This document shows, in pieces, positions 1 to 19,220 of a stretch of DNA of 64,000 nucleotides. The DNA lies in the NCBI RefSeq assembly GCF_009914755.1, contig NC_060940.1; one strand, written 5' to 3'. Within the stretch, counting starts at the first letter, position 1. Every line of letters begins with the position of its first letter. A model generated the notes under the pieces. It saw nothing but the letters and a program-made list of their open reading frames with translations. It was not told the origin of the DNA and did no database searches. Source of the DNA: the human T2T-CHM13v2.0 reference genome, Homo sapiens. A program made the translations under genes and the position numbers.

Positions 1-66
1 TAGTTGTCTCCATCTTGGTTGCTGTGAGTGACGCTCCAGTGAACACGGGAGTGCAGATATCTCTTC
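1..66 (-). mobile_element. Old L1 (L1M-type) 3' region fragment
   Basis: ...gtgaacacgggagtgcagatatctcttc resembles the L1M antisense 3' region. Confidence 0.55.
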
Positions 67-835
67 AGGGCCCATGTGTGGCTGAGATTAGGAGATCACT
101 GCTGTCGTCTCTAGTTCAGCAGTGCTAGTGCCTCCTGGCGTTTAGCGTCCAGCTCAAGGGAGTGGAATTTGGGTGTCTCAGGGTCTAGGGCCACCTGTGC
201 CTCTAAATCGCAGGGAAGCTTTGTGTGTGTGTGTGGTGGGGTGCGGGGGGCTATGGGTATGTGGTGGGGTGAATCTTATTTCTCTTCTTTCCCTTTTCTT
301 AATTTTCCGTTGGCAAAACAGAGCGCCATTCCAGACCCCTTTCATTCTTGCAATATACATGAAAAGTACAGGGCTTGTTCTGCAAAAGAAGAGTAGCCCC
401 AGCGAGCTCAGGGTTGAGTGAAGTTCCGCAAGGATGGCACCTCTCGGCTCTTCTGGGGGCTTCAGGACAGAGCTCAGTGTCGCCAAGCAGGACCCCCACT
501 GCGGGCGGAGCTGCAGGGCCATCAACATTCATTAGGTGGATCAGTGAATGTAGACTCTGCGGTGTCACAAAGCAGCACCTGTACTCACTGTGCCTGTCTC
601 GGGATGGAATCTAAGTCAGACATCCTTGCATCCCCACTTATGGGCTGTTCCTTCACCTTGCTGGTCCTCACCTTTCTCCTAGAGTTACGGGGAGGAGTAA
701 ATGTGCTAAGGCCATACACGCCGACTCCGCAGTGGCCTTGAACCATGCTTCTCTGTCACCCCTTTCGTTGCCTTGACAATGGCTGCAGCCTCCTTTCCCA
801 TCTCCCCTAGGATCTTCTCCTAGGGTCTCTTAATA

Positions 836-1661
<826 letters not shown>

Positions 1662-1689
1662 TCTTAATATGTGAATTAGGCGATGCCAT

Positions 1690-2200
1690 GACCCTGCTTA
1701 ATGCACTCCCAGGGCCTCCTGTGAGAATTAGAACAAAAAATCCATGCTCTGTACCATGGCTCCAAGATTGGCTATGTGGTGGCCTTTGGTGACTTCTCCC
1801 GCCCAATCTTGGGTCCTAGCTCATTGGTGCAGCCATATCCTCCCCCCACCCCACCCCACTGTGGCCTTTGCCTGTGCCATCTTTCTGCCTGGTATGTGCT
1901 TCCCGAGATCTTTGCACAGCCAGCTCTTCCTGACCCTTCCAGTCTGCTAGGATGTCATCTGCCCAGACCGCCACTCTGGTGCTTCCTGTCCTGACACCCC
2001 TGCTCTTTCCTTCACAGCAGGTACTGCTCTTTGTCATTATGTTCTTATCTGTGAGCTTTCATCTTTGATGGACTATGAGTCTTAAGAGGACAGAGATATC
2101 GTTTCTGATTTTCCCCCATGCCTGTGACTAGCCCAGGTCTAGGCATATAGTAGGTGCTCAATAAACAGTCATCGAATGATAGATTGAATGAATGAATGCA
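1690..2200 (+). mobile_element. L2 LINE 3' fragment
   Basis: Ends in the L2 tail: ggcatatagtaggtgctcaataaa...gaatgaatgaatg. Confidence 0.7.
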
Positions 2201-2404
2201 TGACAGGAACCCTGCACTTATCTGTGTTAATCCGTCTCTTGGCTGCCGGGAACACCAGCTCCTGCAACCTGGCACTTGGGTCACCTGATTGAACCCTCCT
2301 GATAACTCTCTAAACTCTGTAATAGGTGGGTTCTAGAATTAGTCCCATTTCACAGATGAAGAAATCAAGGCCTGGTGAGGTGAACTGACTTGCTTTAGGG
2401 CAGC

Positions 2405-2612
2405 AGGGATGATTTTTGCCTCTCTGGAGATATTTGGCAATGTCTAGAGACAGTTTTGATTGTCATAACTTGAGGAGGTGGGGAGTGCTACTATCATCTA
2501 GTGGCAGAGGCCAGCGACGCCACTCAGTATCTTACAATGCACAGGATGGCCCCCGACAACCAAGAATTATTTGGGCTCAAATACCAGCGGTTCTGAGGTT
2601 GAAGAAGCCCTG
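2405..2612 (+). mobile_element. MER20 (hAT-Charlie)
   Basis: gattttt-gcc...gatatttggcaatgtctagagaca...caatgcacaggatggccccc...gaggttgaagaagccctg. Confidence 0.8.
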
Positions 2613-2967
2613 CTTGAGGGCACACATCTGTAAGTGGTGGAGACGGGAACCTAGACCCGGAACCTTGTTTTGTTAACCACTACCCTGCACTGCTCACATG
2701 CGGGGGTGGGTGGGTGGGAAGAGTTGTAGAATGTTTCCATGTCTGAGTCAAAATCTTGCTTCTCTGCTCTAGGGAGATGAATTTGGAATCTGTGAGGCCT
2801 GAGGCCATTCACTTGATCTCCGGCCCTGGAGATCTTGCCTCCAAGCGACCTCAGGCTCCATCTGTCTGCCATGTACCTTGCAAACACCTTAGAATTCTGG
2901 CTGGGCATGGTGGCTCACACCTCTAATCCCGGCACTCTGGGAGGCCGAGGCGGGCAGACTGAGTTCA

Positions 2968-3207
<240 letters not shown>

Positions 3208-3695
3208 TTAGAGTTCAAGCACGTGGTTTAGAGGTGGTGGATCTCAGTGTCAGACTCTCAGTGGGTTCAAATCCTGGCCCTGTTTCTTCTAGGTTGACGA
3301 GCCCAAGCAATTTACATAAACTCTCTGGACCTCAGAGCCCTTGCCAGGAAAGGGGAGAGTTTTAATAGTCCTGACTTTGTAGGGCTGTTGGAAAGCTTAA
3401 ATGGACTGTGCTTGGGAAGCACTTAATCACTGTGCCTGGCGTGATCACTCTGGCTGTTATTATTGGCACCCAATAAATACATGCTTTCTCTTTGTTTCCA
3501 ACTCAGCATTTAGAAATGTCCTACCCTTCAATTCCTGCTGCTATTTATTTATTTGAAGTGCGAACTAGCTTTCTTATTATTATTTTAGAAATCATGCAGA
3601 GGAGAAAATTCAAACAGTACGAAAGATAATACAACAAAAAATAGTAGTTGCCTTCCTCTCCCTGGTTTCAGGCCTACCCCCTGCAGATTAATTAG

Positions 3696-4079
<384 letters not shown>

Positions 4080-4791
4080 TCAAAAAACAAACGAAACATC
4101 AAATTCCTGACTGTGTATGCTGCTTGCAGGTTATATATGACCAGGCCTGGTTCTGTATCTGTAAAATGGGTTACGTTATAGTACCTGAGTCCTAGAGTTG
4201 TGTGTGAGGATGAAATGTAATGTGAAACACTTAGAGTGGTGCTTGGCTGATGCAACTAATGAATCTTCCCTCTTACTCTTTCTATAGACAGAAGAAGGCG
4301 GCACAGGTTTCTTCATTGCTTTTCGCCCTTTGCTGAAATGTCATCTTGGCCCAGAGGCCCTTTCTGTCTACCTGATAAAGAACTAGCACCTGCCCACCCA
4401 CCATTATGCTTCACCCACTTTCTTCTTCTTCAAGCCATTTGCTCCCATTGGGCATACATAGAGTTGTTTTTTTTTAGCTGTTGGTAGTTTTGGCCGCTTT
4501 GCATAAAGTGAAATTGTGTGAGAGTGGAGACTTTGTTTTACTTCCACATGACCTTGGCCCATGGTAGTAGTCGCTGATAAATGTCCACTGAGCAATAAGA
4601 ACCCGACTGTTGCAAGTTACTTATTTATTTATTTTTGAGACAGGGTCTCAGTCTTTCACCTAGGCTGGAGTTCGGTGGTGCAGTCATAGCTCACTGCAGC
4701 CTCGAACTCCTGGGCTCAAGGGATCCTCCTTCGTCAGCCTCTGGAGTAGCTGGGACTAAAGGCAAACGTCATCACATCTGGCTACTTTTAA

Positions 4792-5214
<423 letters not shown>

Positions 5215-5933
5215 TGAACCCCTCCACCCGGCCAGCTAAGTTTTTAAATTTTTTTGTAGAGATACAGTCTCACTGTGTTGCCCAAGCTGATCTGAAATTC
5301 CTGGCCTCAAACTATCCTCCTGCCTCTGCCTCTTCAAGTGCTGGGAAATATAGGCATGAGCCACTGCACCCAGCTGGTTGTGAGTTATTGAGATGGTTGA
5401 ATTGGGAGTGGATGCTCAGGCCTCAGTGGAACTTGTGGTACACAGTAGGTCCTCATTACCTCCCATCAGTGGCAGTTGAGATTCATAATCACTTTTTCTG
5501 CCTGTTGTCTGCCCCATCCTCTCTGTGGCCTTCCCTCCTGTCCTGGAGTTGGCTGGCTGGGTCCCTGGCAGGGCTGCATGCGTTATCCCTGCAGGCCTGC
5601 TTGCCTTATCCCTGCAGGCCCTGGTGGAGCATCTGTGCAGAACCTGTGCCATCCAGATGGGAGCAGTAAGGGTGTAGGGCAAAGTTAGTGAGCTGCCCGG
5701 TGCACGAGGACTTCCATGATAATCAGGGCTGAACCAGGAAGGCAGGTCAAGGCCAGGGTCATGTACAGAAAGGAGGTCAGCACCAGGATCTTGTATGGGA
5801 AGACTTAGATCAATGCCTAGTGCCTTAGTCATCATCATTCAGCCCAGAAAACATGACGCTATGCAACAGGAATTTTATGAACACACAAAGGTCAGGGGCC
5901 ACTCGGACTTGGACGGGGTCCCCAACTCTTTGA

Positions 5934-6248
<315 letters not shown>

Positions 6249-6665
6249 TAGCCAGGATGGTCTTGATCTCCTGACCTCGTGATCCACCTGCCTTGGCCTC
6301 TGAAAGTGCTAGGATTATAGGCGTGAGCCACCGCGCCCAGCCGACTTGCGCTTTCTCTGTAAAGATTTCTGTGGGCCAGGTTCCCCAAAGGGCAGGCCCT
6401 GGGCCAGTGCAGTGACCGGTGACCGTGTTCAGGACTCATCTCTTGTGGCTGAATTGTGTGTCTGGAGAGTTGGGTCCTTCTGATTCTGCTCAGAGCGTGG
6501 TGGGCCTGGCTGGATTTCCCTAGATTAGGAAGCAGCCTCGGGTAGCTGTGATTCTTTGAGTTGGGAACAGCAAGTGGCCTGCAGACTGCCAGGGAATCGT
6601 CCCTTCCTTGAGCCTTTAGGTATTGCCCATTATTCACCGTTTTTCCCAGAAGCCTCCAGTAGTGA

Positions 6666-6956
<291 letters not shown>

Positions 6957-7014
6957 TAGAGATGGGGTTTCACTATGTTGGCCAGGCTGGTCTTGAACTC
7001 CTGGCCTCAAGTGA

Positions 7015-7245
<231 letters not shown>

Positions 7246-8162
7246 TAAATTTTTTTGGTGAAGACAGGGTCTTACTTTGTTGCCCAGGCTTTTCTTGAAC
7301 TCCCGAGCTCAAGCAATCCTCCCGCCTCAGCCTCCCAAAGTGCTGGGTTTACAGGCGTGAGCCACTGTGCCCGGTCCTCAGATGATCTTAGCTTTGTGAC
7401 CTATGCTGTTGGCCGCTGTAGGGGCTGTGATGGAGGTGATGTGGGGGTGGATGGCAGGGGTGACCCGTGTTGGCTGCTTTCTGTAACAGTCATAGTTCAT
7501 GGTCAGAGTCAGATTTCCTCTCGTCATGCCTTCCTTCCCTTCCTTCTGCTCCCTCCCACAGCCGCCCTTTGGGTCTGGGCTGGCCATCTGGCTCTGAGCA
7601 GGAAGCTAGCCTGTGCTCTTCAATTTGCTTTCTGCAGGGGAAACACCTTCCTTTGCTCAGCGTTTCCTGACCTCTCCTTCCCTGGAGTTCCGGTGTCCTT
7701 AAATGCTCTCTGGTTTCTTCTGTAGCTTACTTTCTTGCTTGAAAGGACAACTTTTCTTTGTCCTTTAGACTTCTTATCTCTGGGCAATACAGTGGTGGTG
7801 GCAGTGGTGATTATTATCAACTATTAGTATCTGCTACTACGGTTTATTGTCTCTAGACTGTATCAGCACCTGTCACACATTGTCCCATTGAATCCTCTCC
7901 AGAACTCTTCCAAATGATGTGTTTTCCTGACTTTTAAAAAAATTAAAAAAAAATTTTTATATTTTTTTGAGACGGAGTCTCGCTCTGTCTCCCAGGCTGG
8001 AGTGCAGTGCTGCGATCTCGGCTCACTGCAAGCTCTGCCTTCTGGGTTCATGCCATTCTCCTGCCTCAACCTCCTGAGTAGCTGGGACTACAGGTGCCCG
8101 CCACCACACCTGGCTAATTTGTTTTTTAATATTTTTAGTAGAGACAGGGTTTCACCGTGTTA

Positions 8163-8687
<525 letters not shown>

Positions 8688-8691
8688 TTAA

Positions 8692-9104
<413 letters not shown>

Positions 9105-10185
9105 TGATCTGCCCGCCTCGGTCTCCCAAAGTGTTGGGATTACAGGCGTGAGCCACCGCTCCTGGCCTTCCTTTTTTTTGAAGCAGGTTCTCACTCTGTT
9201 GCCCAGGTTGGAGTGCAATGGTGTGATTATGTCTCACTGCAGTGTCTACCTTCCAAGGCTCAGGTGATCTCCTGCTTCAGCCCACTGAGTAGCTGGGATT
9301 ATAGGCGAGTTCACCATGCCTGGCTAATTTTTGTGTTTCTAGTAGAGACGGGTTTCACCATGTTGTCCAGGCTGGTTTTGAACTCCTGGGCTCAAGTGAT
9401 CCACCCGTGTCGGCCTCCCAAAGTGCCGGGATTACAGGCATGAGCCACCGTGTCCAGCTTTTCTGACTCTTTTTACTTATCAGGAGACTGAAGCTTGGAG
9501 AAATTAAGTGACTTGCCCAAGTTCACATGGGGTTAAGGCCTGAATTTGAATCTACATCTGCTCAATTAGGAAGTGAGTGGTCATAGCTAGTCTCTACCTG
9601 GATGGATTGTTGTTTAATTGTTAAATTTTTTCAAAATAATTTTAAATTATTTTATTAAAAAAGAGGGTATCATTATGTTTCCCAGGCTGGTCTTGAACTC
9701 CTGGGCTCAAGTGATCCTCCTGCCTTGGCCTCCCAAAATGCTGAGGTTACAAGTGCAAACTACTGTGCCTAGCCAGATTATTACTTAACAACCAAAACAA
9801 AGGAGGAAATTGACGGTGGACAAGTAAGAAGATCATTGCAAAGGTTGGGGGCAGGTTGTTTGGGGAGTGTGGAGGAAGCTTTTTAAATGAGGTACCTGAG
9901 TTGGATTTTGAAGGATGAATAGGAGTTTGTTAGGACAGAAAGACATTGCAGAGAGAGGATCTAGCAAGAGGTGACTGAAGAAACCATTTATTTGACCAGC
10001 AGTTGGGGAATGCCTTGAAGGCAGGAACCACAGCCTTTCAGAATCTCCAGTGCCTGCAACAGTGTCTAGAACATTATCTGACAACAAGCTTGGTAAATAC
10101 TTCTTTAAGTAAATGCCTGAGTAAGGCACATTTGGGGAACAGGGTGGGAGAAATTGTAGGAGAAGTAGATGGGACTTGAATGTAG

Positions 10186-10407
<222 letters not shown>

Positions 10408-10659
10408 TAGTAGAGACGGGGTTTCACTGTGGTCTCGATTTGCTGACCTCGTGATCCACCCACCTCGGCCTCCCAAAGTGCTGGGATTACAAGCGTGAGC
10501 CACCGCGCCCAGCCAGGGTTGGTTCTTAAAAGCCAATAGGGAGCCATGGGAAGTTGTTTCCCAGCAGAAGAGAGAAGGCCATTAGATCTGCCCTATTTAT
10601 TAATGCAAATATCTAAGTCTATGAATCTTCCTCTGAGCAGGAAAACGTGATTGCTTTTA

Positions 10660-12060
<1,401 letters not shown>

Positions 12061-12074
12061 AAGAGAGGGAGACA

Positions 12075-12945
12075 TGGGTGGATGCATGGATGGATAGTTG
12101 GTTGGGTAGATGGATACATAGACAGGTGGATGGATTGGTTGGTGGATGGATGGATGAACTGTTGGGTGGGTAGATGGATTGATGGGTGAATGAATTGGTA
12201 GGTGGGTAGGGTGGATGGATGAATTGGTGGATGGGTAGGTGGATGGATGAATGAACTGGTGGGTTGCTGGATGGGTGGATGAATTGGTAGGTGGGTGGAT
12301 GGATGGATTGATGGGTGAATGAATTGGTAGGTGGGTAGGGTGGATGGATGAATTGGTGGATGGGTAGGTGGATGGATGAATGAACTGGTGGGTTGCTGGA
12401 TGGGTGGATGAATTGGTAGGTGGGTGGATGGATGGATTGATGGGTGAATGAATTGGTAGGTGGGTAGGGTGGATGGATGAATTGGTGGATGGGTAGGTGG
12501 ATGGATGAATGAACTGGTGGGTTGCTGGATGGGTGGATGAATTGGTAGGTGGGTGGATGGATGGATTGATGGGTGAATGAATTGGTAGGTGGGTAGGGTG
12601 GATGGGTGAATTAGTGGATGGGTAGGTGCATGGATGAATGAATTGGTGGGTTGGTGGATGGGTGGATGAATTGGTAGGTGGGTGGATGGATGGATGGATG
12701 GGTGAATGAATTGGTAGGTGGGTAGGGTGGATGGGTGAATTGGTGAATGGGTAGGTGGATGGATGAATGAATTGGTGGGTGGGTGGATGGGTGGATGAAT
12801 TGGTAGGTGGGTAGCTGAATGGATGAATTGGTTGGGGGGGGTGGATGGATGAATTGGTGAGTGGGTAGTTGGGTGGATGGATGCATTGGTGGGTGGGTGG
12901 ATGGATGAATTGGTGGATGGATGGATGGATGGGTTCATGGTTGGG
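12075..12945. repeat. (GGAT/GGGT)n-derived tandem repeat with a 129-bp higher-order unit (about 5 copies)
   Basis: The unit start GATGGGTGAATGAATTGG recurs at 12181, 12310, 12439, 12568 and 12697, an exact 129-bp period. Confidence 0.93.
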
Positions 12946-13484
12946 TGATAAATATATCCATGGGTATACATATGGATGTGTACATAGATAATTCTCTGGC
13001 TATGATAGGGAGGACTGGCTGTGGTGGGGAACACTGACTGTGGTGGGGAGCACTGGCTGTAGCGGGGAGGACTCAGTAGGACAAGGAGAGGCTGGAGGCA
13101 GTGAAGACTTAGGAAGCAGTTGCATAGTCCTGGCAAGGAATAATTTGGGGCTAGGATCAGGTCAATTAAATGTTTAACATTGGAACTATGTCTGTTGTAT
13201 ACATAACTGCATATGTCAAGTCTTGGTATCGTTTTCTTTCTAGCAGGGCACATTCCTTTGGAATGAGCTTTTACTGGCAACTGCTCAGAAGCTGTTCTGT
13301 ATATAATGACCACCAACAGTTTAATCCTTTTTTCAGCCATCACCTCAGGAATTAACAGTAGTATGAAATCAATTAAAATAATCAGTCTTTGAGATGTCAC
13401 GCCTTCTCCACGATCAACTTCTTCTTTACAAGGCTGTGTTCCAAATACGCCAGGCCAAAAAGACGTGAACTTTGTCCTTTTTAG

Positions 13485-13658
<174 letters not shown>

Positions 13659-14204
13659 TGAGCCTCCCTACTAGCTGGGATTACAGACGTGCACTACCCT
13701 GCCCGGCTAATTTTTATGTTTTTAGTAAAATATAAAAATTATGTTTTTATGGGGGGTTCTTGCCATGTTGGCCGGGCTTGTCTCAGACTCCTGACTGCCG
13801 GCCTAGGCCTCCCAAAGTGCTGGGATTACAGGCATGAGCCACCGCGCCCAACCTAATAACTAGATCTCTTTAATTATTGGAACATGTATATTTTGATCAG
13901 ATTGACACTTTTTTTTTTAAGTGAAGTGATCTTATTTCCCTCATTTCTCATTTTTAACTTTTTTTTTTTTTTGATATGGCTTTAAAGCTCTGTGGAGCTG
14001 TAAGGGTCTGGGTTCCTTGACACTCCATGGGGGTCTCAGGTGATCGTGGGAGGGCTGTTGGAATCAGAGCTATTTGGAGGGTGCATAGGCCAGTAGGATG
14101 GGAAGGCTGTGGGAGAAGTGGGCTTTTTGGGGACCGCAGCCAAATGGACAACTGGGCCTAATCTAAAGATTGGCCCCTCCCAGCTCCTACTGATGGTCAT
14201 GTAA

Positions 14205-14471
<267 letters not shown>

Positions 14472-15499
14472 TGATCCTCCTGCCTCGGCCTCCCAAAGTG
14501 CTGGGATGACAGGCGTGAGCCACTGCGCCCAGAAGATTTTCTGATTTTTAAAGTTATGCCAGAGACCGGGCGTGGTGGCTCACGCCTGTCATTCCAACAC
14601 TTTGGGAGACTGAGGTTGGCAGATCACCTGAGGTTTAGGACTTCGAGACTAGACTGGCCAATATGGTAAAACCTTGTCTTTACTAAAAATTCAAAAAAAA
14701 TTAGCCAGGCGGGGTGACCGCAGTCCCAGCTATTTAGGAGGTTGAGGCAGGAGAATCACTTGAACCCGGGAAGCAGAGATTGCAGTGAGCCGAGATCGCT
14801 TGAACCCGAGAAGCAGAGATTGCAGTGAGCTGAGATCATGCCACTGCATTCCAGTCTGGGTGACAAAGCAAGACTCTGTCAAGAAAAAAAAAAATAAAAA
14901 TAAAAAGCCGGAAATCAAATTTTAAATGTTGGGATCTAATCTAATTTTTTTAAAAACAAAAAGTATGCCTAAAACAACAGCAATAACAACAAGCCATCTA
15001 TGGGCCAAACTGTGGGTGGGGAAACCTATTTTGTACTTCTTATTTTATCCGATTGAATTGTGGTGGAGATAGGAAATTGAGACCCCAAAAAGGGTAGTAA
15101 GTTTTCCCAAAGTTATTTAGTCAGTTGCCAGATTATGGCTTGAATTAAATTTAAATTCTTCAGCTGGGCATGGTGGTGCACACCTGTAGTATAGCTGCTT
15201 GGGAGGCAGAGGTGGGAGGACTGCTTGAGCCCAAAAGTTCAAGGCACAGGAAGCTGTGATCTTACCACCACACTTCAGCCTGGGCAACAGAGCAAGACCT
15301 CATTTCAAAAAAAGAAAAAAAAAAAGAAAAATTTAAATTCTTCATTACAGAACAGCTGATGGTGGAGGTTTATTCTTGGGCAGGTACATCTGATCTATTT
15401 ATGTATGTATCTGTGAATTTGTCTATTTGGCATGGCTCTTTAGCAAAATACAGGCTTTTTTTTTTTTAAGTAAAAGTAATTGAAACAAAATTTGTTTCC

Positions 15500-15712
15500 A
15501 AGGCTGGACAGCTCAGTGGCAAAATGCAGACTTGAACAACATTGCCCGAGTTTGAATTCAGCTCCAGAGCTTACCAGCTGTGTGATACTGGACACAGTAT
15601 TTAACCCTTCTGTGCCTGAGTTTCACATCTGAAAAAGGAGATGATAAAAATAATTACAGAATGAAAGGAGATAATACACATGAGGTACTTAGAATAAAGC
15701 CTGGCATACAGA
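15500..15712 (+). mobile_element. MIR SINE
   Basis: gagtttgaattcagctcc...cttaccagctgtgtga...ttaacccttctgtgcctgagtttcacatctg, the MIR core. Confidence 0.75.
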
Positions 15713-15733
15713 ACTGCAGTTTGGTTGTTATCC

Positions 15734-15885
15734 GTGGTGGTGGCGGTGGCGGTGGCGGTGGCGGTGGCGGTGATGGTGGTGGTGATGGTGGCGATGGTGA
15801 TGATGATGGTGGTGATGGTGGTGATGGTGTTGGCAGTGATATTGGTGGTGGTGATGGTCATAGTGGGGAAGGTGATGATGATGAA
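15734..15885. repeat. GGT/GGC/GAT trinucleotide-type repeat including (GGCGGT)5
   Basis: gtggtggtggcggtggcggtggcggtggcggtggcggtgatggtggtggtgatgg... Confidence 0.9.
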
Positions 15886-16104
15886 TGAAGATGATTAGAA
15901 AGTCCTCAGTTCACAAGGTCAGAGTGATCTAGATGACACAGGGCTCTTCGGTTATAAGAGAATATCCTTCAGGGTTCCTTTAAATGGCTCTCTCCATCTT
16001 TCGTACTACAGTGGGACTTGCCACAGGTTCTGGGGACTGTTAATGTGAGATGAGATGCTACATACCTTTTTGTTGTTGGTGGGTTTTTTTGTGTGTATGC
16101 ACTG

Positions 16105-16137
<33 letters not shown>

Positions 16138-16577
16138 AGACAGGGTCTCGCTCTGTTGCCCAGGGTGTAGTACAGTGGCATGATCTCAGCTCGTTGCAAC
16201 TTCCGCCTTCCAGGCTCAGGCACTCCTCCCACTTCAGCCGCCTGAGTGGCTGGGAATACAGGCACGCTCCATGCTCAGCCACTTTTTGTGTTTTTCATAG
16301 AGGCAGCATCTCACTATCTTGCCTAGGCTGGTCTCGAACTCCCAGCCTAAAGTGGTCTGCCCACTTGGCCTCCCAAAGTGCTGGGATTACAGGCATGAGC
16401 CACTGCACCTGACCTGTATGCTCCTGTTAAGAGAGCTTTATTTTTATTTATTTATTTTGAGACAGGGTCTCTGTTGCTCAGGTGGGAGTGCAGAAGACAC
16501 CACATACCTTTATCCCTTGTTCCTCATTTCTTAGTCTTTCTGGCTACTGATCTTTTTAGTTTGCGTGTTCATCCTGA

Positions 16578-16949
<372 letters not shown>

Positions 16950-17444
16950 TGATAACTGACATTTCTCTTCTACTTAGTTGACCCTAAGTTCCTTCTTCTA
17001 GAAGGCAGAAGAATAATGTGGGAGGTGAAAACTGGAGCTCTGGAGACAAACATGGGTACAAATCTTTGCTCTGCCGCTTAGTATTTGGCCTCGAGCAAAT
17101 TTTTTAACCTCCCCAAGCCTCAGTTTCCCTGTTTATGCAATAGGAATGATAGGCTTGTTCTCAAGGCATTCCTGGGAGATTATCAGCTCTTCCCCTCTTA
17201 CTGAGCCGATCTCCTTTTTATTTAATTAAATATATTTATATAGATTTTTTCTGGCCAATTTTTAATTTATTTTTTGTAGAGAGGGGGGACTTGCTGTGTT
17301 GCCCGGGCTGGTCTTGAACACCTGGCCTCAAGCAGTCCTCCTGCCTTGGTCTCCCAAAGTACTGGGATGCTCAGTGTGAACCACCACGCCTGGCCCCTAA
17401 TTTTTTTTTTAAGTTGGCTTTTATTTTGAAATAATTTAAAGCTA

Positions 17445-17801
<357 letters not shown>

Positions 17802-18644
17802 TCACTCATAGTCACTGTTTCCTGTTTTTTTTTTTTTTGTTGTTGTTTTTTGTTTTTTTTTGACACAAGGTGTTGCTCTTTTGCCCAGGCTGGAGTGCAA
17901 TGGTATGATCACAGCATACTGCAACCTTGAACTCCTGGCTCAAGCCATCCTCCTGCCTCAGCTTTTTGAGTAGCTGGTAGCTGGGACTGCAGGCATACAC
18001 CACCATGCCTGGCTAATTTAAAACAATTTTTTGTAGAGACAGGGTCTCGCCTTGTTGCCCAGGCTGTTGTCAAACTCCTGGCTTCCAGTGATCCTCCTGC
18101 CTCGGCCTCCCAAAGTGCTGGTATTACAGGCATGAATCTGGCCTGTATTCACTGATTTTTTAATCTTTTGCTACATTTGTTTTATCATGAGCTTTTGTTC
18201 TCTCTCTCTGTATGCATGCTATAATTTATTTTTTCTGAATCATTTGAGAATGGATGCACCTTGAAACATATCCCACCCGTAGAGGGCTCTCAGTAAATAC
18301 TGGTTGAATGAATGGTTGTCGTGGAGGGCTTTCTTGTGCAGTGCGCCGGAGTTGCAGCTAGAGATGAGCTGTGAGCTGAGCTCTTGAGTGTTCAGGCACC
18401 GGGGAGCATGGTGACCAGACAAACAGTCCTGTTGGAGGTAGTGGGGCGTAGCAGGCTGATTACAGACCATCACGTGCCGGCCTGGATGCCAGCTCACCAT
18501 ACCGAGGACTTGTCCTTATTCCAGTGGATATGTGCCATGTCCTAGGACTGTGGCTGATCATTTGAAGGCTGGCTGGTTCTCCTATCCCTGGGGCTGAGCT
18601 GTTCGTGCAGGCCCTGGGGGAGGTTCCAGGGCGGTCTGTTGTAG

Positions 18645-18812
<168 letters not shown>

Positions 18813-18927
18813 TGACCCCTGGGCCATCTGCTGGGCTCAGTGGAGACCAAAAGTAATAACTCGTAAGACTAGAATCATAGTTTTTTAAGGCAATGATCAG
18901 CTGGAGCTGGGATATAAATTAAATGTA

Positions 18928-18969
<42 letters not shown>

Positions 18970-18974
18970 CATGA

Positions 18975-19220
<246 letters not shown>

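Noticed and set aside
5583-5621. Direct repeat TTATCCCTGCAGGCC x2 containing palindromic CCTGCAGG
   Set aside because: A small local duplication with no supporting context.
12181-12830. Regularly spaced repeats resembling a CRISPR array
   Set aside because: Head-to-tail tandem units with no unique spacers, in a eukaryotic intron with no cas genes.
15601-15888. Gly/Asp-rich and Thr/Ile-rich ORFs
   Set aside because: Translation of the GGT/GAT repeat and adjacent MIR, with no splice or coding support.
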